Positions 37,901 through 52,324 of a stretch of 64,000 nt of DNA are shown here, one piece after another. The notes beneath the pieces were generated by a model. It worked only from the letters and a program-made list of their open reading frames with translations, had not been told where the DNA came from and searched no databases. This stretch comes from Anaerohalosphaeraceae bacterium (GTDB lineage: Bacteria; Planctomycetota; Phycisphaerae; Sedimentisphaerales; Anaerohalosphaeraceae), in assembly GCA_050309605.1 (NCBI GenBank), contig JBNRMN010000067.1, positions 148,136 to 212,135 on the forward strand. Reading direction: 5' to 3'. The position numbers were made by a program, and so were the translations under genes. Position 1 is the stretch's first letter. Each line of letters starts with the position of its first letter.

Positions 37901-38679
37901 TCGGCGACAAGATGGCCGGACGGCACGGTAACAAGGGCGTGATCGCCAAGATTATGCCGGTGGAAGATATGCCGTATCTTGAGGACGGTACGCCGGTGGA
38001 TCTCTGTCTGAATCCGCTGGGCGTGCCCAGTCGTATGAACGTCGGTCAGATTCTGGAAACGCTGTTGGGCTGGTCGGCCAACGTGCTGGGCTTTCGCGCG
38101 ATCACGCCGGTGTTTGCCGGCGCCAGCGAGGATGACATTGTCGCGGCGATCGAAGAGGCCAACGCCCATGTTCGCAGTCGGGTTCAGGAGATTGAGCAGC
38201 AAAAGGCCGTACCGCCGGCGGATGAGATTTTTGCGCAGATGCCGCCGTCGCTCAAGATGCCGCTGTATGACGGACGAACGGGCGAGCCGTTTTTGCAGGA
38301 AGTGACGGTCGGGTATATGTATATTCTGAAGCTGCACCATCTGGTGGACGACAAGATTCACGCGCGTTCGACCGGACCGTACAGCCTGATTACGCAGCAG
38401 CCGCTGGGCGGCAAGGCGCGAACGGGCGGACAGCGTTTCGGCGAGATGGAAGTCTGGGCGCTGGAGGCGTACGGTGCGGCCTATACGCTTCAGGAATTGC
38501 TGACGGTCAAGAGCGACGACATCGAAGGCCGGACCAAGATTTATGAGTCGATGGTCAAGGGCACGAACACCCTTGAGGCCGGTACGCCGATTTCGTTTGA
38601 TGTCTTGTGCAATGAAATTCGCGGGCTGGGCCTGAATATCCAGCTTGAAAAGAAACGGATCGGCGTAACGCCCTTGTAA
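34924..38679 (+). CDS. rpoB: RNA polymerase subunit beta
   Basis: [46 protein letters not shown]; alternative starts 34891/34909. Confidence 0.99.
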   Translation: MRSRTLRNFAKIADAIEVPDLIEVQLKGYERFLQSDAAPDQRADIGLESLFREVFPIVSYDKTVELEYLGYELEKPRYTIEQCKELRLSYAYPLKVHCRLKRKDAPDVAEQGIYLGEIPAMIGGGEFIINGAERVIVNQLHRSPGVDFVIDNKDGDRLLHGARIIPERGSWIEMSVTKKDVLVIRIDQSSKIPATAFLRAMDEKYGKTEEILRLFYKTQKIKTKKLEPTMWAVGPVVDTETGEILVEAGTQIGDAITALQASSLDAVEVIAQVLDPLVLNTVAEDGCETHDEALLKIYSRLRPGNPANLEKAKQLFEEKFYDTNRYRLGAVGRFRLNRKFGTDIELSEMRLCAEDFLQTMKYILGLRNGEGEIDDIDHLGNRRVRTIDELAAGEVRKGLLKLRRTVQERMSMKSPEEIARIADLVNSKSVSSSIEFFFGRGELSQVVDQTNALSQLTHERRLSALGPGGLNRKRAGFEVRDVHISHYGRVCPIETPEGTNIGLIVSLGIFSKVDEYGFLITPYRKVKNKQVVDEIAYLRADEEMKAIFAPPSMVDTSTNRLHEGLVLARQEGDLTQVDSSQVDYVDVSPRQTVGVSAALIPFLEHDDANRALMGSNMQRQSVPLLTTEPPLVGTGMEVEVARHSSMVVRARQAGTVTAVDGSCIVIDQTDEYPLRKFVGLNERTCLNQRPVVTLGQKVEKGQIIADGGGTSEGVLALGRNVLAAFVPFDGYNFEDAILISERLVKDDVFTSVHIDEFSIEVRETKLGREEFTRDIPNVSEKALRNLDEYGVVREGTRVAPGDILVGKVSPKSKTELTPEEKLLHAIFGRAGEDVKNDSLEVPHGYEGVVIKTRHFRRRAAETDEQRKLLKEQMKRREREMTARECEVFKRMMETIHSELQIEVVDPTSRQKVGASDDVDVIYEQIENFDIEWVKPASKRGDAQKIVDRYWPKLVELKDQKKRELERLKHGDELPSGVLEMVKVYIATKRTLSVGDKMAGRHGNKGVIAKIMPVEDMPYLEDGTPVDLCLNPLGVPSRMNVGQILETLLGWSANVLGFRAITPVFAGASEDDIVAAIEEANAHVRSRVQEIEQQKAVPPADEIFAQMPPSLKMPLYDGRTGEPFLQEVTVGYMYILKLHHLVDDKIHARSTGPYSLITQQPLGGKARTGGQRFGEMEVWALEAYGAAYTLQELLTVKSDDIEGRTKIYESMVKGTNTLEAGTPISFDVLCNEIRGLGLNIQLEKKRIGVTPL

Positions 38680-38747
38680 GAATTAAGAATTAAGAATTCA
38701 AAATTAAGAATTAATGATAAGTGGACGTTAAATCGGAGTAGAGCCAC

Positions 38748-43022
<4,275 letters not shown>

Positions 43023-43140
43023 GGGATATGCGATTCAAGGGATGATTTTACATCTTGTCGAAATTCGGATAAGAGACAAAAATCCGTGCTTATATTTAAG
43101 GTGAAAGAGAGATGAACATAAAGAAGTTTTTGGAGAGAAT

Positions 43141-43509
43141 ATGCCAACTATAAATCAGTTAGTGAGCAAAGGCCGAAAGGGAAAAGGCAAAAAGCGCGTT
43201 TCGGATATCGCCGGCTCGCCGCAGAAGCGTGGTGTGTGTCTGATCGTGCGGACGCAGACGCCCAAGAAGCCCAATTCCGCGTTACGTAAGATCGCTCGTG
43301 TGCGTCTGACCAACGGCAAGGAAGTGACGGCTTATATTCCGGGCATTGATCACAACCTGCAGGAACACAGTACGGTGCTGATCCGGGGTGGTCGAGTACG
43401 GGACCTGCCGGGTGTGCGTTATCATATTGTTCGCGGCGTGCTGGATACCGGCGGGGTGAGCGGGCGCAAGCAGGGACGCAGCAAGTATGGCGCCAAACAG
43501 GGCAAATAG
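43141..43509 (+). CDS. rpsL: 30S ribosomal protein S12
   Basis: [29 protein letters not shown]. Confidence 0.99.
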   Translation: MPTINQLVSKGRKGKGKKRVSDIAGSPQKRGVCLIVRTQTPKKPNSALRKIARVRLTNGKEVTAYIPGIDHNLQEHSTVLIRGGRVRDLPGVRYHIVRGVLDTGGVSGRKQGRSKYGAKQGK

Positions 43510-43626
43510 AAAATATTAGGAATCTAAAATATTCAAAGACAGCCTTTGGTCGTTACGGGTTTTCAGGATAAAAGAACAGCGGGTTTCAGATCTGCGATTA
43601 AGGTTACTTGTATAAGGTAAAATGGC

Positions 43627-44100
43627 ATGGCCAAGAAATTTACAGCGTCGTATGAACAATTAAAACCGGATCCGGTTTATCAAAGTAAGCTGGCGTCCAA
43701 GTTTATTAATTGCCTGATGTGGGACGGCAAAAAGAGCGTTGCATCGAATGTTTTTTATGATGCAATGAAAGAAATCGAGAAGAAGATTTCAGATGTGTCG
43801 CCGATTGAGGTGTTTGAGACGGCGGTCAACAATGTCAAGCCGATGCTTGAGGTTCGCAGTAAGCGCGTCGGCGGGTCCAACTATCAGGTCCCGATGCAGG
43901 TCGGTCCGAAGCGCCAATTGTCGCTTGCGATTCGCTGGATTCTGGCCGCGTCGCGCGGCAAAAAAGGCAAGCCGATGTCGATTCGGCTGGCCTCGGAACT
44001 GATGGATGCCTACCGCAAGGAAGGCACTGCGATGACGACGCGCGAAAACGTGCATCGTATGGCCGAGGCCAACAAGGCATTCGCCCATTTTGCCTGGTAA
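43627..44100 (+). CDS. rpsG: 30S ribosomal protein S7
   Basis: [23 protein letters not shown]. Confidence 0.99.
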   Translation: MAKKFTASYEQLKPDPVYQSKLASKFINCLMWDGKKSVASNVFYDAMKEIEKKISDVSPIEVFETAVNNVKPMLEVRSKRVGGSNYQVPMQVGPKRQLSLAIRWILAASRGKKGKPMSIRLASELMDAYRKEGTAMTTRENVHRMAEANKAFAHFAW

Positions 44101-44113
44101 GCACCGTTTGTAC

Positions 44114-44156
44114 ACTGCCACGGTTTTTGTTACAGACAAACCGTGGCAGTTTTTTT
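44114..44156 (+). terminator. Rho-independent terminator between rpsG and fusA
   Basis: 13-bp stem ACTGCCACGGTTT/AAACCGTGGCAGT followed by a T run. Confidence 0.75.
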
Positions 44157-44283
44157 ATTGCCGGTTGGCAAAGCCGAGCAAGTTAATTGTAAGTATTTTG
44201 TTTTCAATTAGTTACAGTTTTTTTGTAAGTTCTTTTATGCCCGTGCATGAAGAAGATAATATCATTTTGATATAAAGAGATTT

Positions 44284-46365
44284 ATGGAAACAGATTTAAG
44301 ATTTGTACGCAACATCGGCATTATGGCGCATATTGATGCGGGCAAGACGACGGTCTCTGAGCGCATCCTGTATTTCAGCGGCAAAACGTATAAAATCGGC
44401 GAAGTGCACGACGGTACGGCCGTGATGGATTTTATGCAGGAAGAGCAGGAGCGGGGCATTACCATTACGTCGGCGGCAACGAAGTGCCCTTGGAAAAACC
44501 ATACCATCAACCTGATTGACACGCCGGGACACGTGGATTTCACGGCCGAGGTGGAACGGTCGCTGCGCGTGCTGGATGGGGCGGTTGCGGTGTTTGACGC
44601 CTCTGAAGGGGTACAGGCGCAAAGCGAAACGGTCTGGCGTCAGGGACAGAAGTATAAGCTGTCCTGTCTGTGTTTTGTCAATAAGATGGACAAAATCGGG
44701 GCCGATTTCGAGATGGCGGTCAATGATATTCGCGACAAGCTGCTGGCTCACCCCGTGCCGATTCAGATCCCGCTGGGGTCCGAATCCACGTTTGAGGGGA
44801 TGATTGATTTGGTTACCCGCAAGGCGGTGTATTTCCACGAGACCGCCACGGCGGGGGATTTTTGGGAAAAAGAGGTACCGGAGGAGATGGCCGATCAGGT
44901 TGAACACTGGCGGCATGCGATGATTGAGGCGGCCGCGGAATTTGACGAGGAACTGATGGACGCCTATATCCATGATGGATCCATCAGTGAGGCGTTGATT
45001 CGCCGTGCGCTGCGCAAGGGAACGGTGGCCGGCAAACTGCATCCGGTTCTGGTCGGATCGGCGCTGCGGAATATCGGCGTTCGCCGTTTGATGGATGCGG
45101 TGGTGGATTATCTGCCGTCGCCGCTGGATATGCCTCCGGTTACGGGGTGGAAGGGCGGCGATAAGGAAAAACCCATTGAGGTGGTTTGCGATCCGAAAAA
45201 GCCGTTTGCGGCACTGGCCTTCAAGATTACCAGCGACAAGCATGGGGATTTGTACTTTTTGCGGATTTATCAGGGCACGCTCAAGAAGGGCACGCGGGTC
45301 TATAACAGCACACGCGACCGCAAGGAAAATATCACGCGGCTGTTCCATATGCACGCCAATGCACGGCAGCTTCTGGAAGCGGCCCATGCCGGCGACATTG
45401 TGGCGGTGGTCGGTCTGAAGGATACGCTGACCGGCGATACGCTTTGCGATACACATCATCCGGTGGTGCTGGAGAGCATCCAGTTCCCTGAGACGGTCAT
45501 CAGTATGTCCATTGAGCCGAAATCGGCGGCGGATCGTGCCAAACTGGGCGAGGCGCTGGGGCTTTTGCGTCGTGAGGATCCGACGTTTGCCTATAAATAT
45601 GACGAGGAAACCGGCCAGACGATCATCAGCGGGATGGGTGAGCTGCATTTGGAGGTGCTGGAGCATAAGCTGGTGCGGGATATCGGCGTCGATGTGCGGG
45701 TCGGTCGCCCTCGGGTGGCGTATAAGGAGGCGATTAGCGGTCAGGCTGAGGCGGTCGGTCGATTTGTCAAACAGACCGGCGGACGCGGTCAGTTCGGGCA
45801 TGTGGTCATCCAGGTCGAGCCGCTGTTCGAAGAGGACGGTCACTACGCACGGCGTAATGAGTTTGTCAATGCGGTGGTCGGCGGAACCGTGCCGCGTGAG
45901 TACATCCCGGCGGTTGAAAACGGGGTGATGGAGGGACTGGCCAGCGGGGTATTGGGCGGCTATCCGGTGGTAGGGGTCAAGGTGACGCTGCTGGACGGGT
46001 CCTATCATGAGGTGGATTCATCGGAACTGGCGTTCGAGCAGGCCGGGGTGCTGGCCATTCGTGAGGCGCTGCCCAAGGCCGGGCCGGTCTTGCTGGAGCC
46101 GGTGATGCGGGTTCAGGTGATAGTGCCGGAGCAGTATTTTGGTGCCATTCAGGGCAACCTGATCGCCAAACGCGGTATGATTACAGATACGCGGCTGCAC
46201 GGGACCATGCGGATTATTGACGCCAAAGTGCCGCTGTCGGAGATGTTCGGCTATTCCAGTCAGATTCGCGGGGCGACCGCCGGACGCGGGACGTTTACGA
46301 TGGAGCCGCTGTGCTACGAGAAAATTCCGGAACAAATTTCAGAAAAAATTTTATTAAACTATTGA
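44284..46365 (+). CDS. fusA: Elongation factor G
   Basis: AHIDAGKTT, ERGITI, DTPGHVDF, GMGELHLE, KQTGGRGQFG. Confidence 0.98.
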   Translation: METDLRFVRNIGIMAHIDAGKTTVSERILYFSGKTYKIGEVHDGTAVMDFMQEEQERGITITSAATKCPWKNHTINLIDTPGHVDFTAEVERSLRVLDGAVAVFDASEGVQAQSETVWRQGQKYKLSCLCFVNKMDKIGADFEMAVNDIRDKLLAHPVPIQIPLGSESTFEGMIDLVTRKAVYFHETATAGDFWEKEVPEEMADQVEHWRHAMIEAAAEFDEELMDAYIHDGSISEALIRRALRKGTVAGKLHPVLVGSALRNIGVRRLMDAVVDYLPSPLDMPPVTGWKGGDKEKPIEVVCDPKKPFAALAFKITSDKHGDLYFLRIYQGTLKKGTRVYNSTRDRKENITRLFHMHANARQLLEAAHAGDIVAVVGLKDTLTGDTLCDTHHPVVLESIQFPETVISMSIEPKSAADRAKLGEALGLLRREDPTFAYKYDEETGQTIISGMGELHLEVLEHKLVRDIGVDVRVGRPRVAYKEAISGQAEAVGRFVKQTGGRGQFGHVVIQVEPLFEEDGHYARRNEFVNAVVGGTVPREYIPAVENGVMEGLASGVLGGYPVVGVKVTLLDGSYHEVDSSELAFEQAGVLAIREALPKAGPVLLEPVMRVQVIVPEQYFGAIQGNLIAKRGMITDTRLHGTMRIIDAKVPLSEMFGYSSQIRGATAGRGTFTMEPLCYEKIPEQISEKILLNY

Positions 46366-46390
46366 CAGTCTTTTGTGTTTGTGCTAAATA
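46362..46390 (+). promoter_or_regulatory. Putative S10-operon promoter overlapping the fusA stop codon
   Basis: TTGACA-17-TAAATA with TG upstream of the -10. Confidence 0.55.
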
Positions 46391-46752
46391 AGAGGGCTTT
46401 CAGCCGGAGCGAGCACGAAAAGGACTTTTGTGCGTTTCGAGTTGGGCTGTGCATCTCATTGAGAATTGCGTCCCAAGGACGGCAGATATAGGGCCTGGAT
46501 ATGACGGCAATACAATCGGTTGTGGTTGCCGGACAATTAACCCAGCAGGCCGGGAAAGTTCGAGAGGACTTTTCAAGTGGTTTTTAAGGAAGGCGAATTT
46601 GGATGCCTTACCTGCCTAAAAGAATAGCGGAAAATCTCACTGTGCTGCAAAACAGGGAGAATTTTTTCGCTGATTTCATTTTGAATTTTTAAGAGATATC
46701 TGTAACAGGTCTTGTATTATAGACACTGCCAGTAGAGAAATAAGGAAAGACA

Positions 46753-47064
46753 ATGGCCGATAGCGAACGAATCAGAATCCGGATGGAGGCGTATGACCAT
46801 CGGGCGCTGGACAGCAGCGCCAAGGAAATTGTCGAACAGGCGCGCCGGACGAACGCGCGGGTAAGCGGTCCGATTCCGCTGCCGACGCGAATCGAGCGTT
46901 ATACGGTGCTGCGCAGCCCGCATATTGACAAGAAATCGCGGGAGCAGTTTGAAATGCGCACACACAAACGCCTGATTGATATTTATGACGCCAACGCCCG
47001 TACGGTCGAAGCCCTGAATCGGCTTGTTGTCCCTGCGGGTGTTTTTGTTAAGATCAAGGCGTGA
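46753..47064 (+). CDS. rpsJ: 30S ribosomal protein S10
   Basis: [32 protein letters not shown]. Confidence 0.99.
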   Translation: MADSERIRIRMEAYDHRALDSSAKEIVEQARRTNARVSGPIPLPTRIERYTVLRSPHIDKKSREQFEMRTHKRLIDIYDANARTVEALNRLVVPAGVFVKIKA

Positions 47065-47110
47065 CGGGACTGATGCAGAGACGAGTCCGACGATCAGAGG
47101 AAAGATGACC

Positions 47111-47767
47111 ATGGCGATGTTGCTTGGAAAAAAAATCGGAATGACGCAGGTGTATGACGAGCAGGGCAAGATGATCCCTGTAACGGTCCTTCAGGCCGGT
47201 CCGTGCACGGTGCTGCAGGTCAAGACGCCGCAGACCGACGGGTACACCGCGGTTCAGTTGGGATATGAGGATGTCAAGGCCTCGCGGGTTAAAAAGCCCG
47301 CCGAAGGTCACGCTCACAAGGCCAATACCGTTGCGAAGCGGTTTGTACGGGAATGGCGGCTGGGCAAAGATCAGGAACCGAATTGTGCGGCCGGCGACCG
47401 GATTGATGTGGCTTCGTTTGCCGAGATCAAGTTTGTTGATGTGGTCGGCACGAGCAAGGGCAAAGGCAACGCGGGTGTGATGAAGCGGCACGGGTTCGGC
47501 GGCTTTCCCGCCTCGCACGGTACGGAGCGCAAGCACCGTGCCAGCGGCTCGATCGGCAGTCACGGCAGCAACCGCGGCCACGGCGGCAACCTCAAGAAAG
47601 GCAAACGGATGGCCGGTCGTATGGGCGGTCAGCGTGTAACGACCAAGCATCATAAGCTGGTCAGCATTGATGAACAAAACAATCTGCTTGTGGTCAAAGG
47701 CGCGGTGGCCGGCCCGGTGGGCGGTTATGTGGAAATCCGCAGTTCCAAGACCCGACCGCAGGCATAA
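47111..47767 (+). CDS. rplC: 50S ribosomal protein L3
   Basis: LGKKIGMTQVY, DGYTAVQLG, KGKRMAGRMG. Confidence 0.98.
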   Translation: MAMLLGKKIGMTQVYDEQGKMIPVTVLQAGPCTVLQVKTPQTDGYTAVQLGYEDVKASRVKKPAEGHAHKANTVAKRFVREWRLGKDQEPNCAAGDRIDVASFAEIKFVDVVGTSKGKGNAGVMKRHGFGGFPASHGTERKHRASGSIGSHGSNRGHGGNLKKGKRMAGRMGGQRVTTKHHKLVSIDEQNNLLVVKGAVAGPVGGYVEIRSSKTRPQA

Positions 47768-47804
47768 AGACAGACAGGCGACAGAGTTTAGGCTGGACAC
47801 GAAT

Positions 47805-48431
47805 ATGATTGAAGTAGCCGTATATAATCGAGAAGGCAACCCGGTCGAGACCCTTCAGGTCGATGAGGCTGTATTGGGAGGATCGGTGCGGTATCCGCTG
47901 CTTAAGCAGGCGATTGTGATGTATCAGGCCAACAAGCGGATTGGTACTGCGGCGACCAAAAACCGTTCTCAGGTGGCCGGTTCCACCCGCAAGCTGTATC
48001 GGCAAAAGGGTACCGGCAATGCCCGCGCCGGCACGATTCGTACGCCGGTTCGCGTCGGCGGCGGTGTGACGTTTGCCAAGCGTGCCCGTGATTTCGGCAA
48101 AGATATGCCCAAAAAACAGCGACGCCTGGCGCGGGATTCGGCGCTGTTGGCCAAGCTGCAAAGCGGCCGGGTGGTGATTGTTGATGAACTGTCGTTTGAA
48201 TCGCCCCGAACCAAAGAATTTGCCCGGGTGCTTGGCAATCTGAAGATTGATCGAAGCTGTCTGGTCGCCACGCCGCAGTTGGATGTGAATGTGTATAAGT
48301 CCGCCCGGAATCTGCCGAAGGTGGATGTGATGGTGGTCGGCGATCTGAATGCGGGCATTATTTGCAACAAGCAAAAGGTGCTGTTTACCAAAGAGGCGTT
48401 TTTGACGCTGCTGAACCGGGATGAGAATTAA
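47805..48431 (+). CDS. rplD: 50S ribosomal protein L4
   Basis: RQKGTGNARAG, GGGVTF. Confidence 0.98.
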   Translation: MIEVAVYNREGNPVETLQVDEAVLGGSVRYPLLKQAIVMYQANKRIGTAATKNRSQVAGSTRKLYRQKGTGNARAGTIRTPVRVGGGVTFAKRARDFGKDMPKKQRRLARDSALLAKLQSGRVVIVDELSFESPRTKEFARVLGNLKIDRSCLVATPQLDVNVYKSARNLPKVDVMVVGDLNAGIICNKQKVLFTKEAFLTLLNRDEN

Positions 48432-48449
48432 GCAAGGCAGGGCAGACGC

Positions 48450-48728
48450 GTGAACGAATATAATGTGATTATCAGACCGTTGGTGACCGAGCAGGGAATG
48501 CATTTTGCGAATGTCAAGAATGCGTATTCCTTCGAGGTGAACAAAAAAGCCAATAAGGTGCAGATTCGCCATGCGATTGAGCGCCTGTATAACGTCAAGG
48601 TAACGGATGTGCGAACGGCCAACGTCAAAGGCAAGCCGCGTCGTCGCGGACGCAGCTTCGGACGTACGCCGGACTGGAAAAAGGCGGTTGTTGTGCTGCA
48701 TCCGGATTACCGTATCGATCTGTTCTGA
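48450..48728 (+). CDS. rplW: 50S ribosomal protein L23
   Basis: IIRPLVTE, ANKVQIRHAIE, WKKAVV; GTG start. Confidence 0.97.
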   Translation: MNEYNVIIRPLVTEQGMHFANVKNAYSFEVNKKANKVQIRHAIERLYNVKVTDVRTANVKGKPRRRGRSFGRTPDWKKAVVVLHPDYRIDLF

Positions 48729-48759
48729 TAACGCGCTAGCATAAGGTTAAACGAAAACG

Positions 48760-49614
48760 ATGGCCATACGAATTTACAAACCGACCAGCAACGGCCGACG
48801 CAACGCCTCGGTCATTGATTACAGGGCGGTACTGACGACGGACAAGCCGGAAAAGACGCTGTGTTTCCGCATTAAGAAAAGCGGCGGACGCAATCATCAC
48901 GGCCGGACGACGTGTCGGTTTCGCGGCGGCGGCGCCCGTAAGATTTATCGCGTCATTGATTTTAAGCGGAACAAGGACGGGATGGCGGCCAAGGTGCTGA
49001 CCATAGAATACGATCCGAACCGCAATTGTTTTATCTCGCTGGTTCAGTACGACGACGGCGAAAAGCGTTATATTCTGGCGCCGGAAGGGCTTAAGGTCGG
49101 CCAGCGGGTTGAAAGCGGTCCGAGTGTTGAGCCGCGGACGGGTAATGCAATGCCGTTGGCGGCGATTCCGGTCGGTGTGGAGGTTCACAATATTGAGATG
49201 ATCGCCGGTCAGGGCGGCAAACTGGTTCGCAGTGCCGGCGGCGTCGCCCGCTTGATGGCCAAAGAAGGCGACTGGGCGACGATTGTGCTGCCCAGCGGCG
49301 AAATGCGTATGGTGCGCAAGGAATGCCGTGCGACGATTGGCCAGCTCAGCAATTCGGATTATCAGAACGTCAAGCTGGGCAAGGCCGGTCGCAAACGTCA
49401 TATGGGGCGTCGCGGTCATGTTCGCGGCAAGGCACAGAACCCCGTCGCTCACCCGATGGGCGGCGGCGAAGGCCGGGCCAACGGCGGTCGCCATCCCTGT
49501 TCGCCGACCGGCGTGCCGGCCAAGGGCGGCAAGACGCGAAATCGCCGCAAGGTCAGCAATCGCCGGATTATCCGCCGACGGAAGAATAACCGCGGCCAGC
49601 AATTGGTGTTGTAA
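48760..49614 (+). CDS. rplB: 50S ribosomal protein L2
   Basis: IEYDPNR, LPSGEMR, HPMGGGEGR. Confidence 0.99.
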   Translation: MAIRIYKPTSNGRRNASVIDYRAVLTTDKPEKTLCFRIKKSGGRNHHGRTTCRFRGGGARKIYRVIDFKRNKDGMAAKVLTIEYDPNRNCFISLVQYDDGEKRYILAPEGLKVGQRVESGPSVEPRTGNAMPLAAIPVGVEVHNIEMIAGQGGKLVRSAGGVARLMAKEGDWATIVLPSGEMRMVRKECRATIGQLSNSDYQNVKLGKAGRKRHMGRRGHVRGKAQNPVAHPMGGGEGRANGGRHPCSPTGVPAKGGKTRNRRKVSNRRIIRRRKNNRGQQLVL

Positions 49615-49693
49615 GAGCATAAGAACATAGGCGTTAATCGTTAACTGTGGCAAGGCGGCTTTGGCCGCGGTAAACATATTTTGAGGACAGTGA

Positions 49694-49963
49694 ATGGGAC
49701 GTTCGCAAAAAAAAGGACCATTTGTCAACGAGAAGCTGTTCGTGAAGGTACAGAAACAGATTGATTCAGGTTCTCGCGAACCGATTAAAACCTGGGCGCG
49801 GGCCTGTACGATTATCCCGGAATTTGTCGGGTTTACCTTCATGGTGCACAACGGCAAAATGTTCCATAAGGTTTTTGTAACGGAAGATATGGTCGGGCAC
49901 AAGCTGGGCGAATTTTCACTGACGCGGAACTTCCGAGGTCATTCGGGGGGTAAAAAAGGTTAA
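49694..49963 (+). CDS. rpsS: 30S ribosomal protein S19
   Basis: [18 protein letters not shown]. Confidence 0.99.
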   Translation: MGRSQKKGPFVNEKLFVKVQKQIDSGSREPIKTWARACTIIPEFVGFTFMVHNGKMFHKVFVTEDMVGHKLGEFSLTRNFRGHSGGKKG

Positions 49964-50019
49964 GCGGCCGAGTGTGAACGCCGGCCAAGAGGCCGATAAA
50001 CACGAATAAGGTTGACATT

Positions 50020-50568
50020 ATGTTGAGCGGAAAAAAGTTAAATCAGATATGTGAACAGCGAAACATCGGCGACAGGGAGCTGGCCGAGCATCTGGCGCAC
50101 GGCGGCATGAGCGCCGACGATGCGTCCGGCGCGATAGGGAACTGGCGTCGCGGGTTGTATAAGCCCATTCCGACCCGTCGTGATGTCGAACGGCTGGCCG
50201 AGGCGCTGGGCGTTGAGGCCACGGAGATTTCGGAATGGCGTGCCAGTTATCGATATGCTCCGATGTCAGCGCGAAAGGCGCGGCTCGTGACGGCGATGAT
50301 TGCCGGTCGGGATGTGCAGGATGCGCTGGATGTGCTGACGTTTACGCCCAAGCGTGCCGCCGAGGCGATTAAAAAGGTGCTCAGCAGCGCGATCGCCAAC
50401 GCCGAAGAGCAGGAGGCGGATAAGGACGAATTGTTCGTGGCCGAGGCGCGTGTGGATCAGGCCGGTCGTCGGCTGGGAACCAAGGCATGGCGCGCCAAAG
50501 ACCGCGGTCGGGCGCATCCGATCCGCAAGGAAGCCAGTCATATTCATATAACGGTAGCCGAGGTATAA
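50020..50568 (+). CDS. rplV: 50S ribosomal protein L22 with N-terminal XRE-like HTH extension
   Basis: L22 core (SARKARLV, SAIANAE, RGRAHPIRKEASHIHI) preceded in frame by about 70 extra residues. Confidence 0.93.
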   Translation: MLSGKKLNQICEQRNIGDRELAEHLAHGGMSADDASGAIGNWRRGLYKPIPTRRDVERLAEALGVEATEISEWRASYRYAPMSARKARLVTAMIAGRDVQDALDVLTFTPKRAAEAIKKVLSSAIANAEEQEADKDELFVAEARVDQAGRRLGTKAWRAKDRGRAHPIRKEASHIHITVAEV

Positions 50569-50585
50569 CAGGAAACGGGTACAGT

Positions 50586-51383
50586 ATGGGTCAGAAGACA
50601 TCACCAATCGGGTTTCGAACCGGAATTACGCTGGGCTGGCAAAGCACATGGTTTGCGCCGAAGGCCAACTACGGCGATTTTTTGGTGGAAGACTATAAGA
50701 TTCGTCAGTATGTGGACAAGAAATTCAACCAGCAGCCTCCGTTTGCGGCGGTCTCGCGTGTTGAGATTGCCCGAACACGCAACGAGGTGAAGGTGACGCT
50801 TTATACGGCGCGGCCGGGTTTGGTGATCGGCCCGCGCGGGGCGGAGGTGGATAAACTTCGCGAAGAACTTGAAGACCTGATTGACCGGAAGATCAACGTC
50901 AATGTGATTGAGATCAAAGAGCCGGCCCTGGACGCCCGGCTGGTCGGCGAGAACATCGCCGCTCAACTGAAAAAGCGGGCGTCGTACCGCCGTGTGACCA
51001 AGATGGCCTGCGAGCAGGCGATGAACGCCGGCGCCAAAGGGGTTAAGATTATGGTCAGCGGCCGATTGGGCGGGGCGGAGATCGCCCGCAGTGAAGTCCA
51101 GAAGCTGGGCAGTATTCCGCTTCAGACGCTGGAAGCCAATGTGGATTATGCGATCATCGGGGCGCGGACGACGTACGGGACGATCGGCATTAAAGTATGG
51201 ATTTATAAAGGCAAATTCGGCGACGAGATTGTGCCGGTGCAGCGAACCGAACGGCGCGGCCGCTCGGAGCGCGGCGAAGGCAAGTCCCGCCGCAGTCGTT
51301 CGGGTCGTTCGCGGTCGGAGCGTCGTCCCAAGGTCCCTGAAGCCGAAACGACCCAGGTGCAGGAATCTACCGAGAACAGTTAA
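50586..51383 (+). CDS. rpsC: 30S ribosomal protein S3
   Basis: MGQKTSPIGFR, SGRLGGAEIARSE, TTYGTIGIKVWI; Arg-rich tail. Confidence 0.99.
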   Translation: MGQKTSPIGFRTGITLGWQSTWFAPKANYGDFLVEDYKIRQYVDKKFNQQPPFAAVSRVEIARTRNEVKVTLYTARPGLVIGPRGAEVDKLREELEDLIDRKINVNVIEIKEPALDARLVGENIAAQLKKRASYRRVTKMACEQAMNAGAKGVKIMVSGRLGGAEIARSEVQKLGSIPLQTLEANVDYAIIGARTTYGTIGIKVWIYKGKFGDEIVPVQRTERRGRSERGEGKSRRSRSGRSRSERRPKVPEAETTQVQESTENS

Positions 51384-51407
51384 CCGGATATGACGAGGAA
51401 GTAAGTT

Positions 51408-51830
51408 ATGGCCTTGATGCCGAAACGAGTTAAATACCGCAAGCATCAGCGCGGTACGATGAAAGGCAACGCCAGTCGCCGCAATTATGTGGCGTTCGGC
51501 GAATACGGGCTTCAGTCGCTTGAGCCGCACTGGATTACCGGCCGTCAGATTGAAGCCGGGCGTATTGCGGCAACGCATTATCTCAAGCGTGAGGGCAAAG
51601 TATATATTCGGATTTTTCCGGATCACTCGTACTCGGCCAAGCCGCTGGAAACCCGAATGGGTAAGGGCAAAGCGGAAATTGAAGGCTGGGTTGCGGTGAT
51701 CAAGCCCGGCACCGTGATGTTTGAAATCGGCGGCGTGGATGAAGAAGTCGCCAAAGCGGCTTTGCTGCGTGTGGCTCACAAGATGCCTGTGCGCTGTCGT
51801 TTTATAACACGTCGTCATAGTATTGGATAA
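51408..51830 (+). CDS. rplP: 50S ribosomal protein L16
   Basis: [21 protein letters not shown]. Confidence 0.99.
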   Translation: MALMPKRVKYRKHQRGTMKGNASRRNYVAFGEYGLQSLEPHWITGRQIEAGRIAATHYLKREGKVYIRIFPDHSYSAKPLETRMGKGKAEIEGWVAVIKPGTVMFEIGGVDEEVAKAALLRVAHKMPVRCRFITRRHSIG

Positions 51831-51841
51831 ACGAGGACTGT

Positions 51842-52039
51842 ATGAAAGCTGCACAAATACGCGATTTGCGACCGGATGAGCGGCTGGAGAAGCTGGATGA
51901 ATTGCAGCGGAGGCTGTTTGAGCTGCGCTGCCAGGCCGTAACGGAAAATCTGGAAAATCGGCACGCAATTCGCGATGTTCGTCGCGATATTGCCCGGATT
52001 AAAACGATCATCAGACAAGACCAGTTGAAGGGCCAGTAA
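51842..52039 (+). CDS. rpmC: 50S ribosomal protein L29
   Basis: [18 protein letters not shown]. Confidence 0.97.
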   Translation: MKAAQIRDLRPDERLEKLDELQRRLFELRCQAVTENLENRHAIRDVRRDIARIKTIIRQDQLKGQ

Positions 52040-52043
52040 AGGC

Positions 52044-52313
52044 ATGGAAACCGAAACCAAAAAAATGCAGAAAACCCGACGCGCCGTGGTAACCAGTAAG
52101 CGCGGCGACAAGAGTATTACGGTGCAGATCGATTATCTTGTCAAGCACCCGAAATACGGAAAATATATCCGCCGGCGAACGAAGCTGGGCGTGCATGACC
52201 CGAAGAATCAGGCGGGTGTGGGTGATATTGTGGATATTGCCGAATGCCGTCCAGTCAGCAAGATGATCAGTTGGCGGCTTGTGAATATTGTGAAAAAGGC
52301 AGTCATTGAGTAA
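52044..52313 (+). CDS. rpsQ: 30S ribosomal protein S17
   Basis: [17 protein letters not shown]. Confidence 0.97.
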   Translation: METETKKMQKTRRAVVTSKRGDKSITVQIDYLVKHPKYGKYIRRRTKLGVHDPKNQAGVGDIVDIAECRPVSKMISWRLVNIVKKAVIE

Positions 52314-52324
52314 AGGGCAGACCA

